Below, piece by piece: positions 56,283-64,000 of a stretch of DNA of 64,000 nt. Source of the DNA: a virus; the IMG/VR virus record IMGVR_UViG_3300045988_174992, one strand, 5' to 3'. Position 1 is the first letter of the stretch, and each line of letters starts with the position of its first letter. The notes under the pieces are model-generated. The model saw only the letters and a program-made list of their open reading frames with translations. It searched no databases and was not told the origin of the DNA. The position numbers and the translations under genes were made by a program.

Positions 56283-56380
56283 CTAGGATTCACCTGCTAA
56301 GCGCCTGGATCACACAGGAAGCGGAAAAATATACTTCAGTATGTTCTATAAAAGGGACTCATTTGAGAGTCCCTGTGTGA
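56283..56380 (-). repeat. GC-rich hairpin repeat family, copy D (inverted relative to A/B)
   Basis: Plus strand GCGCCTGGATCACACAGGAAGCGGAAAAATATACTTCAGTATGTTCTATAA...CCCTGTGTG; 3 nt from the stop of 56383-57180. Confidence 0.85.
56350..56373 (-). terminator. terminator-like hairpin inside GC-hairpin repeat copy D
   Basis: GGGACTC-ATTTGA-GAGTCCC with U4 in minus sense. Confidence 0.5.
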
Positions 56381-56382
56381 AT

Positions 56383-57180
56383 TTATTCCTCATTCAACTT
56401 GATGAATCTGATCTGGGTGAGGATAAACTTACCTTCATTTGTCTTTGCAATCTCCTTAAGCTTCTTGTCTACTTCTGGACGAGTTTCAGGAGTATTAGGA
56501 AGAGGTTCTGTCATCACCTTGATGAATTCACCTTTGCGAACTCCATCGGCTTCATCTTCTGAAACATTCTTCTTAATTACAACCAACTGAGTCTTGTCCT
56601 TTGTATCCATAACTGAAGTAAGAATCTTACCGTAAGCTGCTTCCTTGATGAGATTGTTACGGAGAATTCTGAGCTGCTGTTCTTCTGAAGAAAATGAATA
56701 CTCCTTATTGATTCTATAAAGGTTATCAACATTCTTGTGGCATGTATCTTCAAGTTCCTTAGCAAATTCCTTGTTGTTGATAATCATTGCAACAAACTCA
56801 TAGTACTTGAGAACTTTAGTACTTCTTTCATCAAGGTTGTTGATTCTTACATCACCATAAGAACTGATGTTCAAACGGAAATCCCACACCTTTTTATTGG
56901 TATCCCAATTGTATTCATAAGAAGGATAGATATCTAATTCATAGAAGCTGTTGTTATCTTCTGGTTTGAAAGTTACATGTCGATCAGTAGCAAGGTCAAC
57001 ATGGTACTCATCAATGTTGAACTTCTTCAAAATATCATTCACATCATTGATGTAGTTAGTAACAGCACTTGTATATTTCTCTGCTCCAACCTTGGTCAAT
57101 TCATTAATTTCATTCAAACGATTGTCAATTGACTCAACTGTTGTATACTTAGCTTTAACTTCTGCGTAGTTCATAATCAT
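56383..57180 (-). CDS. hypothetical protein (265 aa), MIM-start
   Basis: Starts ATGATTATGAAC after promoter 57225-57254. Confidence 0.6.
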   Translation of the reverse strand: MIMNYAEVKAKYTTVESIDNRLNEINELTKVGAEKYTSAVTNYINDVNDILKKFNIDEYHVDLATDRHVTFKPEDNNSFYELDIYPSYEYNWDTNKKVWDFRLNISSYGDVRINNLDERSTKVLKYYEFVAMIINNKEFAKELEDTCHKNVDNLYRINKEYSFSSEEQQLRILRNNLIKEAAYGKILTSVMDTKDKTQLVVIKKNVSEDEADGVRKGEFIKVMTEPLPNTPETRPEVDKKLKEIAKTNEGKFILTQIRFIKLNEE

Positions 57181-57224
57181 TCAAATTTTAAAAATTAAAC
57201 AACTTATTTATTTATTACGCATTA

Positions 57225-57254
57225 AATATAGAACAAAACATGTTTTTTTCAAAA
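57225..57254 (-). promoter_or_regulatory. phage consensus promoter
   Basis: AATATAGAACAAAACATGTTTTTTTCAAAA. Confidence 0.55.
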
Positions 57255-57272
57255 TATATTCAAAAAAATTTC

Positions 57273-57310
57273 AAAAAAAAAAAAAATGGAACAATCAATT
57301 GATTGTTCCA
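57273..57310 (-). terminator. rho-independent terminator with 14-nt U tract
   Basis: TGGAACAATC-AATT-GATTGTTCCA next to A14 on the plus strand. Confidence 0.8.
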
Positions 57311-57317
57311 CTTCTAT

Positions 57318-57899
57318 TTAGATATATTGCTTTACATTTTCTATAGATTTACTGAATGTATTCAAGAACATGTTTGCTTGACTATCTTCTGCAAAAGACA
57401 GCAATCTTGACCACCCAGTAACTTTCCTTACATCTAATTCACCATTATGAACAGCTACAGCCCAACAAGGTGTTCCGTCATCTGATGGTTCCCATCCTCT
57501 TCTGTAGATATCTCTCAATATGATAATCTTACCAAGTTCATATAAGTCATCTTTCAAAGCTGAATTGTCATCATCTTCATAAGAACGAGCTTCATAAAAT
57601 GAATCTACTGCTTCTTCCCATGATTCCGGAAAGCTTTCTATTTCATTCAATGGTGGCAATTCTTTCCAAACTTTCTTCAAAGATTCCCACAACATGGTAT
57701 CATCTTCCATATAGACGATCTTGTTGTTGTCATGAAAATCAATGTAGAATACATGGTGAGGATTAGCCAATTCAATACTTTTGAAATCTTCTCCTACAAC
57801 ACCACCACAAGCCATCAATCGATTCATGACACCTAGTGGATTTGATGGGCAACCCAACACATATATAAACTGATGATCTTTGTGTTCTTTATATTTCAT
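57318..57899 (-). CDS. hypothetical protein (193 aa)
   Basis: ORF; strong terminator 57273-57310 downstream. Confidence 0.6.
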   Translation of the reverse strand: MKYKEHKDHQFIYVLGCPSNPLGVMNRLMACGGVVGEDFKSIELANPHHVFYIDFHDNNKIVYMEDDTMLWESLKKVWKELPPLNEIESFPESWEEAVDSFYEARSYEDDDNSALKDDLYELGKIIILRDIYRRGWEPSDDGTPCWAVAVHNGELDVRKVTGWSRLLSFAEDSQANMFLNTFSKSIENVKQYI

Positions 57900-57900
57900 T

Positions 57901-58152
57901 TTACAGCTTTACAGTCATCCTATATGCTAGTCCATCTTTTCTGTTTATCAAATCTGCTGTAACTTTCTTAACTTCTGTATTGAAAGTATAATCAATAGAT
58001 TTGTCAGAATTCTTGACAAACGTATAGTCACTATCTATATTTGTCATGTCTAATGACATGTATATTGGTTTTCCTTGGTCATCAATACCAGGGAAAAAGA
58101 AGAGATGACTCTTGCCATCTCTCTTGTATAATGATACAAATCCTGGAAACAT
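57901..58152 (-). CDS. hypothetical protein (83 aa)
   Basis: ORF only. Confidence 0.5.
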   Translation of the reverse strand: MFPGFVSLYKRDGKSHLFFFPGIDDQGKPIYMSLDMTNIDSDYTFVKNSDKSIDYTFNTEVKKVTADLINRKDGLAYRMTVKL

Positions 58153-58203
58153 ATTTATATTCTTTTCAATTAAAATTAATACTTATATGATATTTACTTA
58201 TAG

Positions 58204-58234
58204 AATATAGAATATGAGTATAGATTATTTCAAA
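58204..58234 (-). promoter_or_regulatory. promoter-like motif, -33 box overlapping the upstream stop codon
   Basis: AATATAGAATATGAGTATAGATTATTTCAAA; spacing 2 nt longer than consensus. Confidence 0.4.
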
Positions 58235-58908
58235 GCCTTGAGAGCTTCAACAATTTTTGCTTTATGATGCACTTTAATGCTCTTAGGTCCACCTGTAGGA
58301 ATATGCCAAGCAATCTTATCAATAACAGCATCTTTATCTGTTGCAGTTGCTATTTCATCTAACCACATCTTTACAACATCATAAGTTACACCACAATGCA
58401 AACGAAGTTCACGTTCCAAACCTGTGTGTCCATCAGCATCTTTTAGAAGTTCATCATGGGCCCAAGGTTCTTCTACTTCTGGACCACAGTCATTTGATGG
58501 TATTTGGTCTGGATCTTCCGTACTACCTCCTGGCTTAGATGGATCTGGATTTGGCTTAGATGGATCTGGATCCTTAGGTGGTTCTGGTACCTTATAGTTA
58601 GGATTTGCCTTACGATGATCTGCATCCTCTTTCTTGATAGTTTCATCATCACTATCATAATGGTACAAATATTGATCTTTTTCAGTACCTTCTGTCCAAT
58701 AATGACCTGACTTACAATTTTTGTTAGGACAATGACCAGGTTTGCAAGTACATACATGGGCAGGATTTGAACAATCACCGGCATTAATTGGTGTAGGAGT
58801 ATTTTCTACTACATCCTGAATAGTTGTATCCTGTATTGGATTTACTTCATCATTCAAAACAACTGTTGATTGCTTTGTTTCTTCTGTATTAGTTGATTTC
58901 TTTGCCAT
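58225..58908 (-). CDS. hypothetical protein with Cys/His cluster and PDPSKP repeats (227 aa)
   Basis: CSNPAHVCTCKPGHCPNKNCKSGH; KDPDPSKPNPDPSKP encoded by an 18-nt tandem duplication. Confidence 0.55.
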   Translation of the reverse strand: MAKKSTNTEETKQSTVVLNDEVNPIQDTTIQDVVENTPTPINAGDCSNPAHVCTCKPGHCPNKNCKSGHYWTEGTEKDQYLYHYDSDDETIKKEDADHRKANPNYKVPEPPKDPDPSKPNPDPSKPGGSTEDPDQIPSNDCGPEVEEPWAHDELLKDADGHTGLERELRLHCGVTYDVVKMWLDEIATATDKDAVIDKIAWHIPTGGPKSIKVHHKAKIVEALKALK

Positions 58909-58968
58909 TTTTCAATTCAATTTTAATGGATTTAGTTAAAAATAAATTCAAGTACAATGAAGAATATT

Positions 58969-58997
58969 AAAAAGAGATGCTTGTTTTAAGCATCTCC
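58969..58997 (-). terminator. terminator enclosing the PolB C-part stop codon
   Basis: GAGATGCTT-loop-AAGCATCTC, U5 in minus sense; the TAA stop lies in the loop. Confidence 0.6.
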
Positions 58998-60278
58998 AAA
59001 TAAGTCAAATTGTACTGTACCATTGCTATTCAACAATGGGAATTTCATTACTTCAAGAAATCTGTTCAATGGATCAAGAACATTCTTTTGCCATTGAACC
59101 GCTTTATCACATGGTGGTGCCCAAGATGGAAGCTCACCAGATGGATATCCAAAGTAATCTGTTTCAGCCTTCTTTGTACTTCCTAATCTTATATTGTAAT
59201 ACTTTACTTTCTGTCCTTGTACAATACGAAGATTTCTCTGATTGTTCTTCTTTGCCAAATAGTTATATCTTGCTGCACATTTTACTGATACTGGAGTCTG
59301 TTTTGCAAACATCAAATCTTCTTCATCACACAATACATATTTCTTGTAATTACCAACATTAATTGACTGTGAAATATCTTCAATAGGAGCAGCCCAGAAT
59401 TTCTTCTTCCATTTATCCAATTTACTGTTGAAATAGAGAATATATTCTTCTTTTGACATTTTACCAGTATCATAAACCAATGACCTTGTCATATCAGTAA
59501 TGATTTCCTTTGCAAGCTTAGGAGAAGTTGTCTTAATAAGTTCAATTCCAACACCAGTAATCTTTGAAGGTGTAAACCATTTGCCTTTTGAATAAGACAT
59601 GGCCTTCAAATATTTCTTTTTCTTCAATGTAATTGTTGCTTCAGAAACAGTTTCCAATTCAAACTCATGAATTGAATGACAATGACGTGGATTGTACATA
59701 TCATTCATCCATTCTGTATTCTGCTTATCAAGAAACTCCTTATTGAATTTCAATATCCATTTGATCTTGTCATCTCGTTCTGGAATACTTGCTAAAGTTT
59801 CTGGTGTCCAACATCTGAAGAAATCACCATATTGGGTATACACAGAATCTGTATCTGAGTATTCACTAATATGCTGTTGCCTAAACCAATCATGCTTTGA
59901 CTCATCAAGTTCAAATCCAAATTTTTCCCACAAATCCTTTCTTTGCCAAATATCTTCATGGAAAAACTCTTCAAGTCTATTCCACATGAATTTTGTCAAA
60001 TTTCTTGCCTCGCAGGTAATATCGGAAGCGCACCTCATGTCGTAGAAATAGAAGAATCTGTTTGCACATGCACCGTACGCCGAGTTATTTAAAAGCTTAC
60101 TGCATAATTCCAACATTGAATTCTCTTCAATAAGATGTTCCAAGTCCTCTTTATATGCTTTAAGCTCTTCCAATGAAAGTGAATATATGTCCCTTCCATC
60201 AAGCTTATCTTTCATAAATTGCTGACACTGCTCAGAGAAAACTTTTTTTTCTCCATATTTCTCTACATTATATTCCAT
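58986..60278 (-). CDS. family B DNA polymerase, C-terminal part (motifs B and C, thumb)
   Basis: Motif B KLLNNSAYGACAN, motif C YSDTDSVY, KKKKYL; starts 2 nt after the stop of the upstream endonuclease-like gene; own terminator. Confidence 0.9.
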   Translation of the reverse strand: MEYNVEKYGEKKVFSEQCQQFMKDKLDGRDIYSLSLEELKAYKEDLEHLIEENSMLELCSKLLNNSAYGACANRFFYFYDMRCASDITCEARNLTKFMWNRLEEFFHEDIWQRKDLWEKFGFELDESKHDWFRQQHISEYSDTDSVYTQYGDFFRCWTPETLASIPERDDKIKWILKFNKEFLDKQNTEWMNDMYNPRHCHSIHEFELETVSEATITLKKKKYLKAMSYSKGKWFTPSKITGVGIELIKTTSPKLAKEIITDMTRSLVYDTGKMSKEEYILYFNSKLDKWKKKFWAAPIEDISQSINVGNYKKYVLCDEEDLMFAKQTPVSVKCAARYNYLAKKNNQRNLRIVQGQKVKYYNIRLGSTKKAETDYFGYPSGELPSWAPPCDKAVQWQKNVLDPLNRFLEVMKFPLLNSNGTVQFDLFGDA

Positions 60279-60280
60279 TA

Positions 60281-61348
60281 TTAAATTCTATTTATATATT
60301 CTTTTACTTGATTAATAGTAAAAAATTCAAGATAATTCAAATTATTTCTTTTTGCACATTCTCTTTTCTCAACATCTTTAATAGTCCATGTTGTTATAAT
60401 TTGTGGTAATTTCTTCCAATGTTTATATTTCCTTTTAAGCCTTTCTAATATTACTTGATCTTTAACTGAATTTTTATCATAGGGATTACTACCATGTGTG
60501 TAAAATCCTTGATATTCTATAAACAAATCTTTTGATGGTATGTAAAAGTCACATTTATATGGGTACCTGATCTTATCATAATATTGCCTTATTATATCAG
60601 GATATATTTCTTTCAATAAATTATAACATTCATTTTCTGATTTAGAATTTCTTTTATCCAAAGTACCATTCTTCCTCATTGTAAGATATCCCTTTTTTTG
60701 TACTTCTTTAGATATAGAACTTGCAAACTTTTTGTATTCTTCTGTTTTAGCATAATTATCTACACCATAATGTTTCAAAAAAGTTTGTTTTTTCTTTTCT
60801 GTTATCTTGTTTCTATCTTCTTTAGAAATATATGACCATCTTTCTTTTTGAATATCCGATAAATATGTTTCTCCATATTTATTTTTTATCAATTCAGGAA
60901 TTTTCTTTCTAAACTCTTTGTTACCTAATATAGAATTTGAACCATATTTCTTTTTACAAGTTTCTTTTCTCTTATCTATAAACTCTTTTACACTTAATGT
61001 AGATTTGACCCCATATTTATCTATAATGGATTGCCTCATGTTTTGCAATTTTTCTGGGTCATGTTGTTGACAATAAGATGAACAATATTTTTTCAGACCA
61101 TCTCTATTCCCATAAGACTTTATTTCATTTATGAAAGGAATTCTCTTTCCACAAAGTTTGCAAGTTAATGGTTTATCCAAACCATGCTTTATCAAATAAA
61201 ATGCCTCATATATATTATCTACATTTTCAAATCTAGTTTTAAGATATTCTATTTCTTCTGGAAGTACTTTGCCATATTTTGCTTTTCTATATAGCATGTT
61301 AGTATTCTTCCAGTATTTTGATATCAATACTTCATCTGTTACCTCCAT
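60281..61348 (-). CDS. putative homing endonuclease-like protein (zinc finger, KYG repeats, PD-(D/E)xK-like C-terminus)
   Basis: CKLCGK...YCSSYCQQH; four (K)KYG(V/S/E) repeat modules; C-terminal CDFYIPSKDLFIEYQG resembles a D...ExQ/K nuclease core; abuts the split polymerase gene. Confidence 0.45.
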   Translation of the reverse strand: MEVTDEVLISKYWKNTNMLYRKAKYGKVLPEEIEYLKTRFENVDNIYEAFYLIKHGLDKPLTCKLCGKRIPFINEIKSYGNRDGLKKYCSSYCQQHDPEKLQNMRQSIIDKYGVKSTLSVKEFIDKRKETCKKKYGSNSILGNKEFRKKIPELIKNKYGETYLSDIQKERWSYISKEDRNKITEKKKQTFLKHYGVDNYAKTEEYKKFASSISKEVQKKGYLTMRKNGTLDKRNSKSENECYNLLKEIYPDIIRQYYDKIRYPYKCDFYIPSKDLFIEYQGFYTHGSNPYDKNSVKDQVILERLKRKYKHWKKLPQIITTWTIKDVEKRECAKRNNLNYLEFFTINQVKEYINRI

Positions 61349-61364
61349 ATATTAGAATATAGAA

Positions 61365-61398
61365 AATGGACACTACTTTGTTCAAAGCAATGTCCATT
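61365..61398 (-). terminator. hairpin between 61418-61792 and the endonuclease-like gene
   Basis: AATGGACA...TGTCCATT, followed in minus sense by TTTCTATATT. Confidence 0.45.
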
Positions 61399-61417
61399 TC
61401 ATTTACAAATAAAGGAC

Positions 61418-61792
61418 TTAGATGCAGTCCTTCAAGAAGTCAAGCTCATCATCTGTCAAACCTGTTACCTTAGCATTAGGGAACAATGTGTTGTGGATCT
61501 TGACTGCAATCTTGATCTTTCGAGCTAGAACAGCCATAGACTGAGCTGTGGTATTCACCTTATTGAGAATCTTGACTGGATCAATTGCTTTCAAATTAGT
61601 AGCAACATCTGTGGTATTTGTGATACCCAAGTCAAGTGAATTCTCGAGATCATTCTGCATATTACGATAGTCCTGTACCATCTTAGCTACATCCATCTCA
61701 GACTGTGTCTGAATTGATCGTGTTGCGTTCTTTACACGAATATCCTTTACTTGCTTTGCACTTCCACCAATAATTGACTCAAAACTCTGCAT
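61418..61792 (-). CDS. hypothetical protein (124 aa)
   Basis: ORF; promoter 61855-61883; N-terminus MQSFESIIGG is weakly CTS-like. Confidence 0.55.
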   Translation of the reverse strand: MQSFESIIGGSAKQVKDIRVKNATRSIQTQSEMDVAKMVQDYRNMQNDLENSLDLGITNTTDVATNLKAIDPVKILNKVNTTAQSMAVLARKIKIAVKIHNTLFPNAKVTGLTDDELDFLKDCI

Positions 61793-61854
61793 AATTCTTT
61801 CTTAATTTAAATTGTTAAAAATATTTGTTTGTTGTATATATTAAATACGTTTAT

Positions 61855-61883
61855 AATATAGAAAAGCTTCAAAAAATTTCAAA
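61855..61883 (-). promoter_or_regulatory. phage consensus promoter
   Basis: AATATAGAAAAGCTTCAAAAAATTTCAAA. Confidence 0.6.
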
Positions 61884-61903
61884 CTATTTATATAAAACTA
61901 TTT

Positions 61904-62293
61904 CTACAAAAGAAGCATATCAACATTATCAGAACTTGCATAGGGTATAGAATAAGAAACTTCATTCTTTGTATCTGGTTTATTTTTCTTAAGTTTCCTA
62001 GGAATAGTTGTCAATTCTTTAAGTAACTCATCTTGCTTAGTATACTTATTGTTTCTCAACTCCGTATGCATCTTTTCCAACATTTCAATCTTATACTGAA
62101 GATATTCAATATGTTTTCTTAGAATCATCTTACAAGAAAGACCAATGTCATAATCATCAGTACTGAAATTCCTAGTATCATTCAAAAAACTTCTTATTAC
62201 ATTGAGTTCTACTTTGGAATCCATCAATTTGTTGCTAATAGTATCGCCATTTGGTGATGCAATAATATCCTTAATTAATTCAATTTCTTCCAT
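61904..62293 (-). CDS. hypothetical protein (129 aa)
   Basis: ORF only. Confidence 0.55.
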   Translation of the reverse strand: MEEIELIKDIIASPNGDTISNKLMDSKVELNVIRSFLNDTRNFSTDDYDIGLSCKMILRKHIEYLQYKIEMLEKMHTELRNNKYTKQDELLKELTTIPRKLKKNKPDTKNEVSYSIPYASSDNVDMLLL

Positions 62294-62365
62294 ATTTATT
62301 CTTTCTGTTATTCATAATCAATTCAGCTCTAGTATATATAACATAGCCATTATCATCAATTTACA

Positions 62366-62680
62366 TCATAACAATACCTCACTTTCTTTATTTGCAAATA
62401 CATTATCTTCTTTACTCTTGCCAAGTTCATAAGGTCTCATAGATCCACAGATGAATGTCCAACCTTTCTTCAGATAAGGCTTGTCAGAAATATAAGACAA
62501 GATTCTCTCTCGTTGGCTAGGACTAGTCCATTCCTTTTCCATGTTATTGTCTGGGTTGGTACAATACATAGCCATGTCATCATCATTGAACCAATCATCT
62601 GGGTCTGGATCTGGCACGATAGCATGGTACTTGCACTTCAGACACTTCTTATCACAAAACTTCTTTTCACTCATAAGCAT
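62366..62680 (-). CDS. hypothetical Cys-rich protein (104 aa)
   Basis: CDKKCLKCKYH cluster; promoter 62699-62729. Confidence 0.55.
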   Translation of the reverse strand: MLMSEKKFCDKKCLKCKYHAIVPDPDPDDWFNDDDMAMYCTNPDNNMEKEWTSPSQRERILSYISDKPYLKKGWTFICGSMRPYELGKSKEDNVFANKESEVLL

Positions 62681-62698
62681 AATATTTATTTAACATAT

Positions 62699-62729
62699 AA
62701 AAGATAGAATATTTTGTAGAAATTTCAAA
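62699..62729 (-). promoter_or_regulatory. phage consensus promoter
   Basis: AAAAGATAGAATATTTTGTAGAAATTTCAAA. Confidence 0.5.
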
Positions 62730-62782
62730 CAAATAATCTAACTTTTAGAAAATTTTTATGATATTTCTATTTTTATAAATAA

Positions 62783-62812
62783 TTGAAATTAATTTATATA
62801 AAATACTATATT
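62783..62812 (+). promoter_or_regulatory. phage consensus promoter (plus orientation) upstream of tnpB
   Basis: TTGAAATTAATTTATATAAAATACTATATT, 32 nt before the tnpB ATG. Confidence 0.5.
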
Positions 62813-62843
62813 AAATTATAAGATATAAATTTATTCCTAATAT

Positions 62844-64000
62844 ATGAAACTTAAGCTAACACAACAAATTATCATAGGGCAGAAGCATAAGAATTATGCT
62901 TCACTTGATATACTGTGTTGGCTTTCTAAGAATCTTTATAACCAAGCTTTGTATCAGATAAGACAGCAATATAGTAAAGACAAGACTTATCTTGGTTATT
63001 CTAAGCTATATAGACTATTATATGATACAAAGCAACCAGATTATTTTGCTTTACCATATACTCAATGTAGCCAGCAAATACTACGTTTAGTTGATAAAAC
63101 ATATACTTCATTCTTTAAAGGAATAAAGTCAGCTAAGAATAAAGGAAAGAAAGTCAGACTTCCTAAGTATAAAGATAAAGAAAATGGAAGGTATGTATTT
63201 GTATATACCAGTCAATGTATCAAGGTAAAGGATGGCATTCTAAGACTTAAAGTGAACAAGACTGATTTCATTTACTTTAATTGTGACAAGGAAGATGTAT
63301 GCCAAGTAAGAATAGTACCTAAAGGAAATCATATAGTAGTAGAAATAATATATCAAGTAGAATATGAACTGAAGAAAGATAATGGAAATTATGCTAGCAT
63401 AGATCTTGGAATTGACAATATAGTTACTTTAGCTTCTAACTCAGCTCAATCCGTTCTTTATAATGGAAGACCATTGAAAGCAATAAATCACTTTTACAAC
63501 AAGAGAAAAGCTGAGTTGCAATCTAAGGTAAAGACTAAGTCAACTAAGAGAATAAAGCGTTTGAATGGTAAGAGAAACAGAAAGGTAAAAGACTTCATGC
63601 ATAAGCTAAGTCATGCCATAGTATGTTACATGGAATCAAACAACATAAATACATTGATTGTAGGAAAGAATGTTGGTTGGAAAGACAGTATCAAGCTAGG
63701 GCATGTTGTAAATCAAAACTTTGTTTCAATACCATACAATATGCTAATACAGATGCTAGAGTATAAGTGTAAGCTAAAAGGTATCACATTCATTGTGGTA
63801 AATGAAGCATATACTTCAAAGTGTAGTTTCATGGACAATGAAAATATTTGCAAGCACAAAGTATATGCTGGATCTAGAATAAGAAGAGGATTGTTTGTAA
63901 CAAAGAATGGACTTAGACTAAATGCAGATATAAATGGAGCTTTGAATATAATGGTACTAGGTTGTACTAAGATAAATGTAAAACGTGATGCTCTAGTAAT
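62844..64000 (+). CDS. tnpB: TnpB-type (IS200/IS605 OrfB) RNA-guided endonuclease, 3' end outside window
   Basis: Own translation; open frame from ATG 62844 to the window edge (absent from the track because it is unterminated). RuvC triad contexts IDLGIDN, VNEAYTSKCS, NADINGALNI. No tnpA nearby. Confidence 0.85.
   Translation, partial: MKLKLTQQIIIGQKHKNYASLDILCWLSKNLYNQALYQIRQQYSKDKTYLGYSKLYRLLYDTKQPDYFALPYTQCSQQILRLVDKTYTSFFKGIKSAKNKGKKVRLPKYKDKENGRYVFVYTSQCIKVKDGILRLKVNKTDFIYFNCDKEDVCQVRIVPKGNHIVVEIIYQVEYELKKDNGNYASIDLGIDNIVTLASNSAQSVLYNGRPLKAINHFYNKRKAELQSKVKTKSTKRIKRLNGKRNRKVKDFMHKLSHAIVCYMESNNINTLIVGKNVGWKDSIKLGHVVNQNFVSIPYNMLIQMLEYKCKLKGITFIVVNEAYTSKCSFMDNENICKHKVYAGSRIRRGLFVTKNGLRLNADINGALNIMVLGCTKINVKRDALV

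Noticed and set aside
56283-56380. Hammerhead or other small self-cleaving ribozyme in repeat copies C/D
   Set aside because: The only CUGA-type box reads CUGAAGU, with U where the invariant A9 of CUGANGA is required. I could not place the pistol, twister-sister or hatchet conserved segments that I recall either. This was not excluded rigorously, since no covariance search was possible.
56341-56562. 73-aa plus-strand ORF starting inside repeat copy D
   Set aside because: It is antisense to the well-supported ORF 56383-57180 and begins in a non-coding repeat, so it is an artefact.
1-64000. Alternative genetic code (stop-codon reassignment), as in some large gut phages
   Set aside because: Long uninterrupted ORFs with recognisable motifs are obtained with the standard code, and genes end at ordinary stops followed by terminators or the next start.

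Overview
AT-rich 64-kb segment of a large, distantly T4-like myovirus. The host is probably a Bacteroidota member, inferred from more than 20 promoter-like motifs of the TTTG(-33) / TAnnTT(-7) type and from start codons that lack Shine-Dalgarno sequences. On the plus strand, 1.9-14.6 kb holds a recombination nuclease pair (Mre11/Rad50-like, as T4 gp47/gp46) and a late structural block: prohead protease-scaffold fusion, gp23-like major capsid protein, a giant 1327-aa tail sheath and a tail tube. Almost everything else is a dense minus-strand array of early/middle genes. Recognisable products there are a VWA/metallopeptidase protein, dCMP deaminase, a truncated Dam-type methyltransferase, two-subunit type II topoisomerase and a MoxR/CobS-like AAA ATPase. 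The array also encodes NAD-dependent DNA ligase, a sigma-70 family factor and RtcB RNA ligase, and a short plus-strand operon carries a RecB-like nuclease, ThyX and a P-loop kinase. About 50 small ORFs have no recognisable function. The most notable observations are these. (1) Five neighbouring ORFs (33.8-41.0 kb) start with a leader resembling the T4 capsid-targeting sequence, ending in an I-x-E protease site, so they may be virion-packaged, injected enzymes. (2) The family B DNA polymerase is split between motifs A and B into two genes about 34 kb apart, and a homing-endonuclease-like gene abuts the C-terminal half. (3) A GC-rich hairpin repeat occurs four times, each copy 3-14 nt after a minus-strand stop codon, in both orientations. 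(4) A perfect 32-bp inverted repeat brackets a 197-nt structured spacer inside the effector-like cluster. (5) A TnpB-type RNA-guided nuclease gene is driven by a phage-type promoter and runs off the window end. No tRNA, rRNA or CRISPR array was seen. All protein calls rest on motifs read by eye, and no database search was possible.
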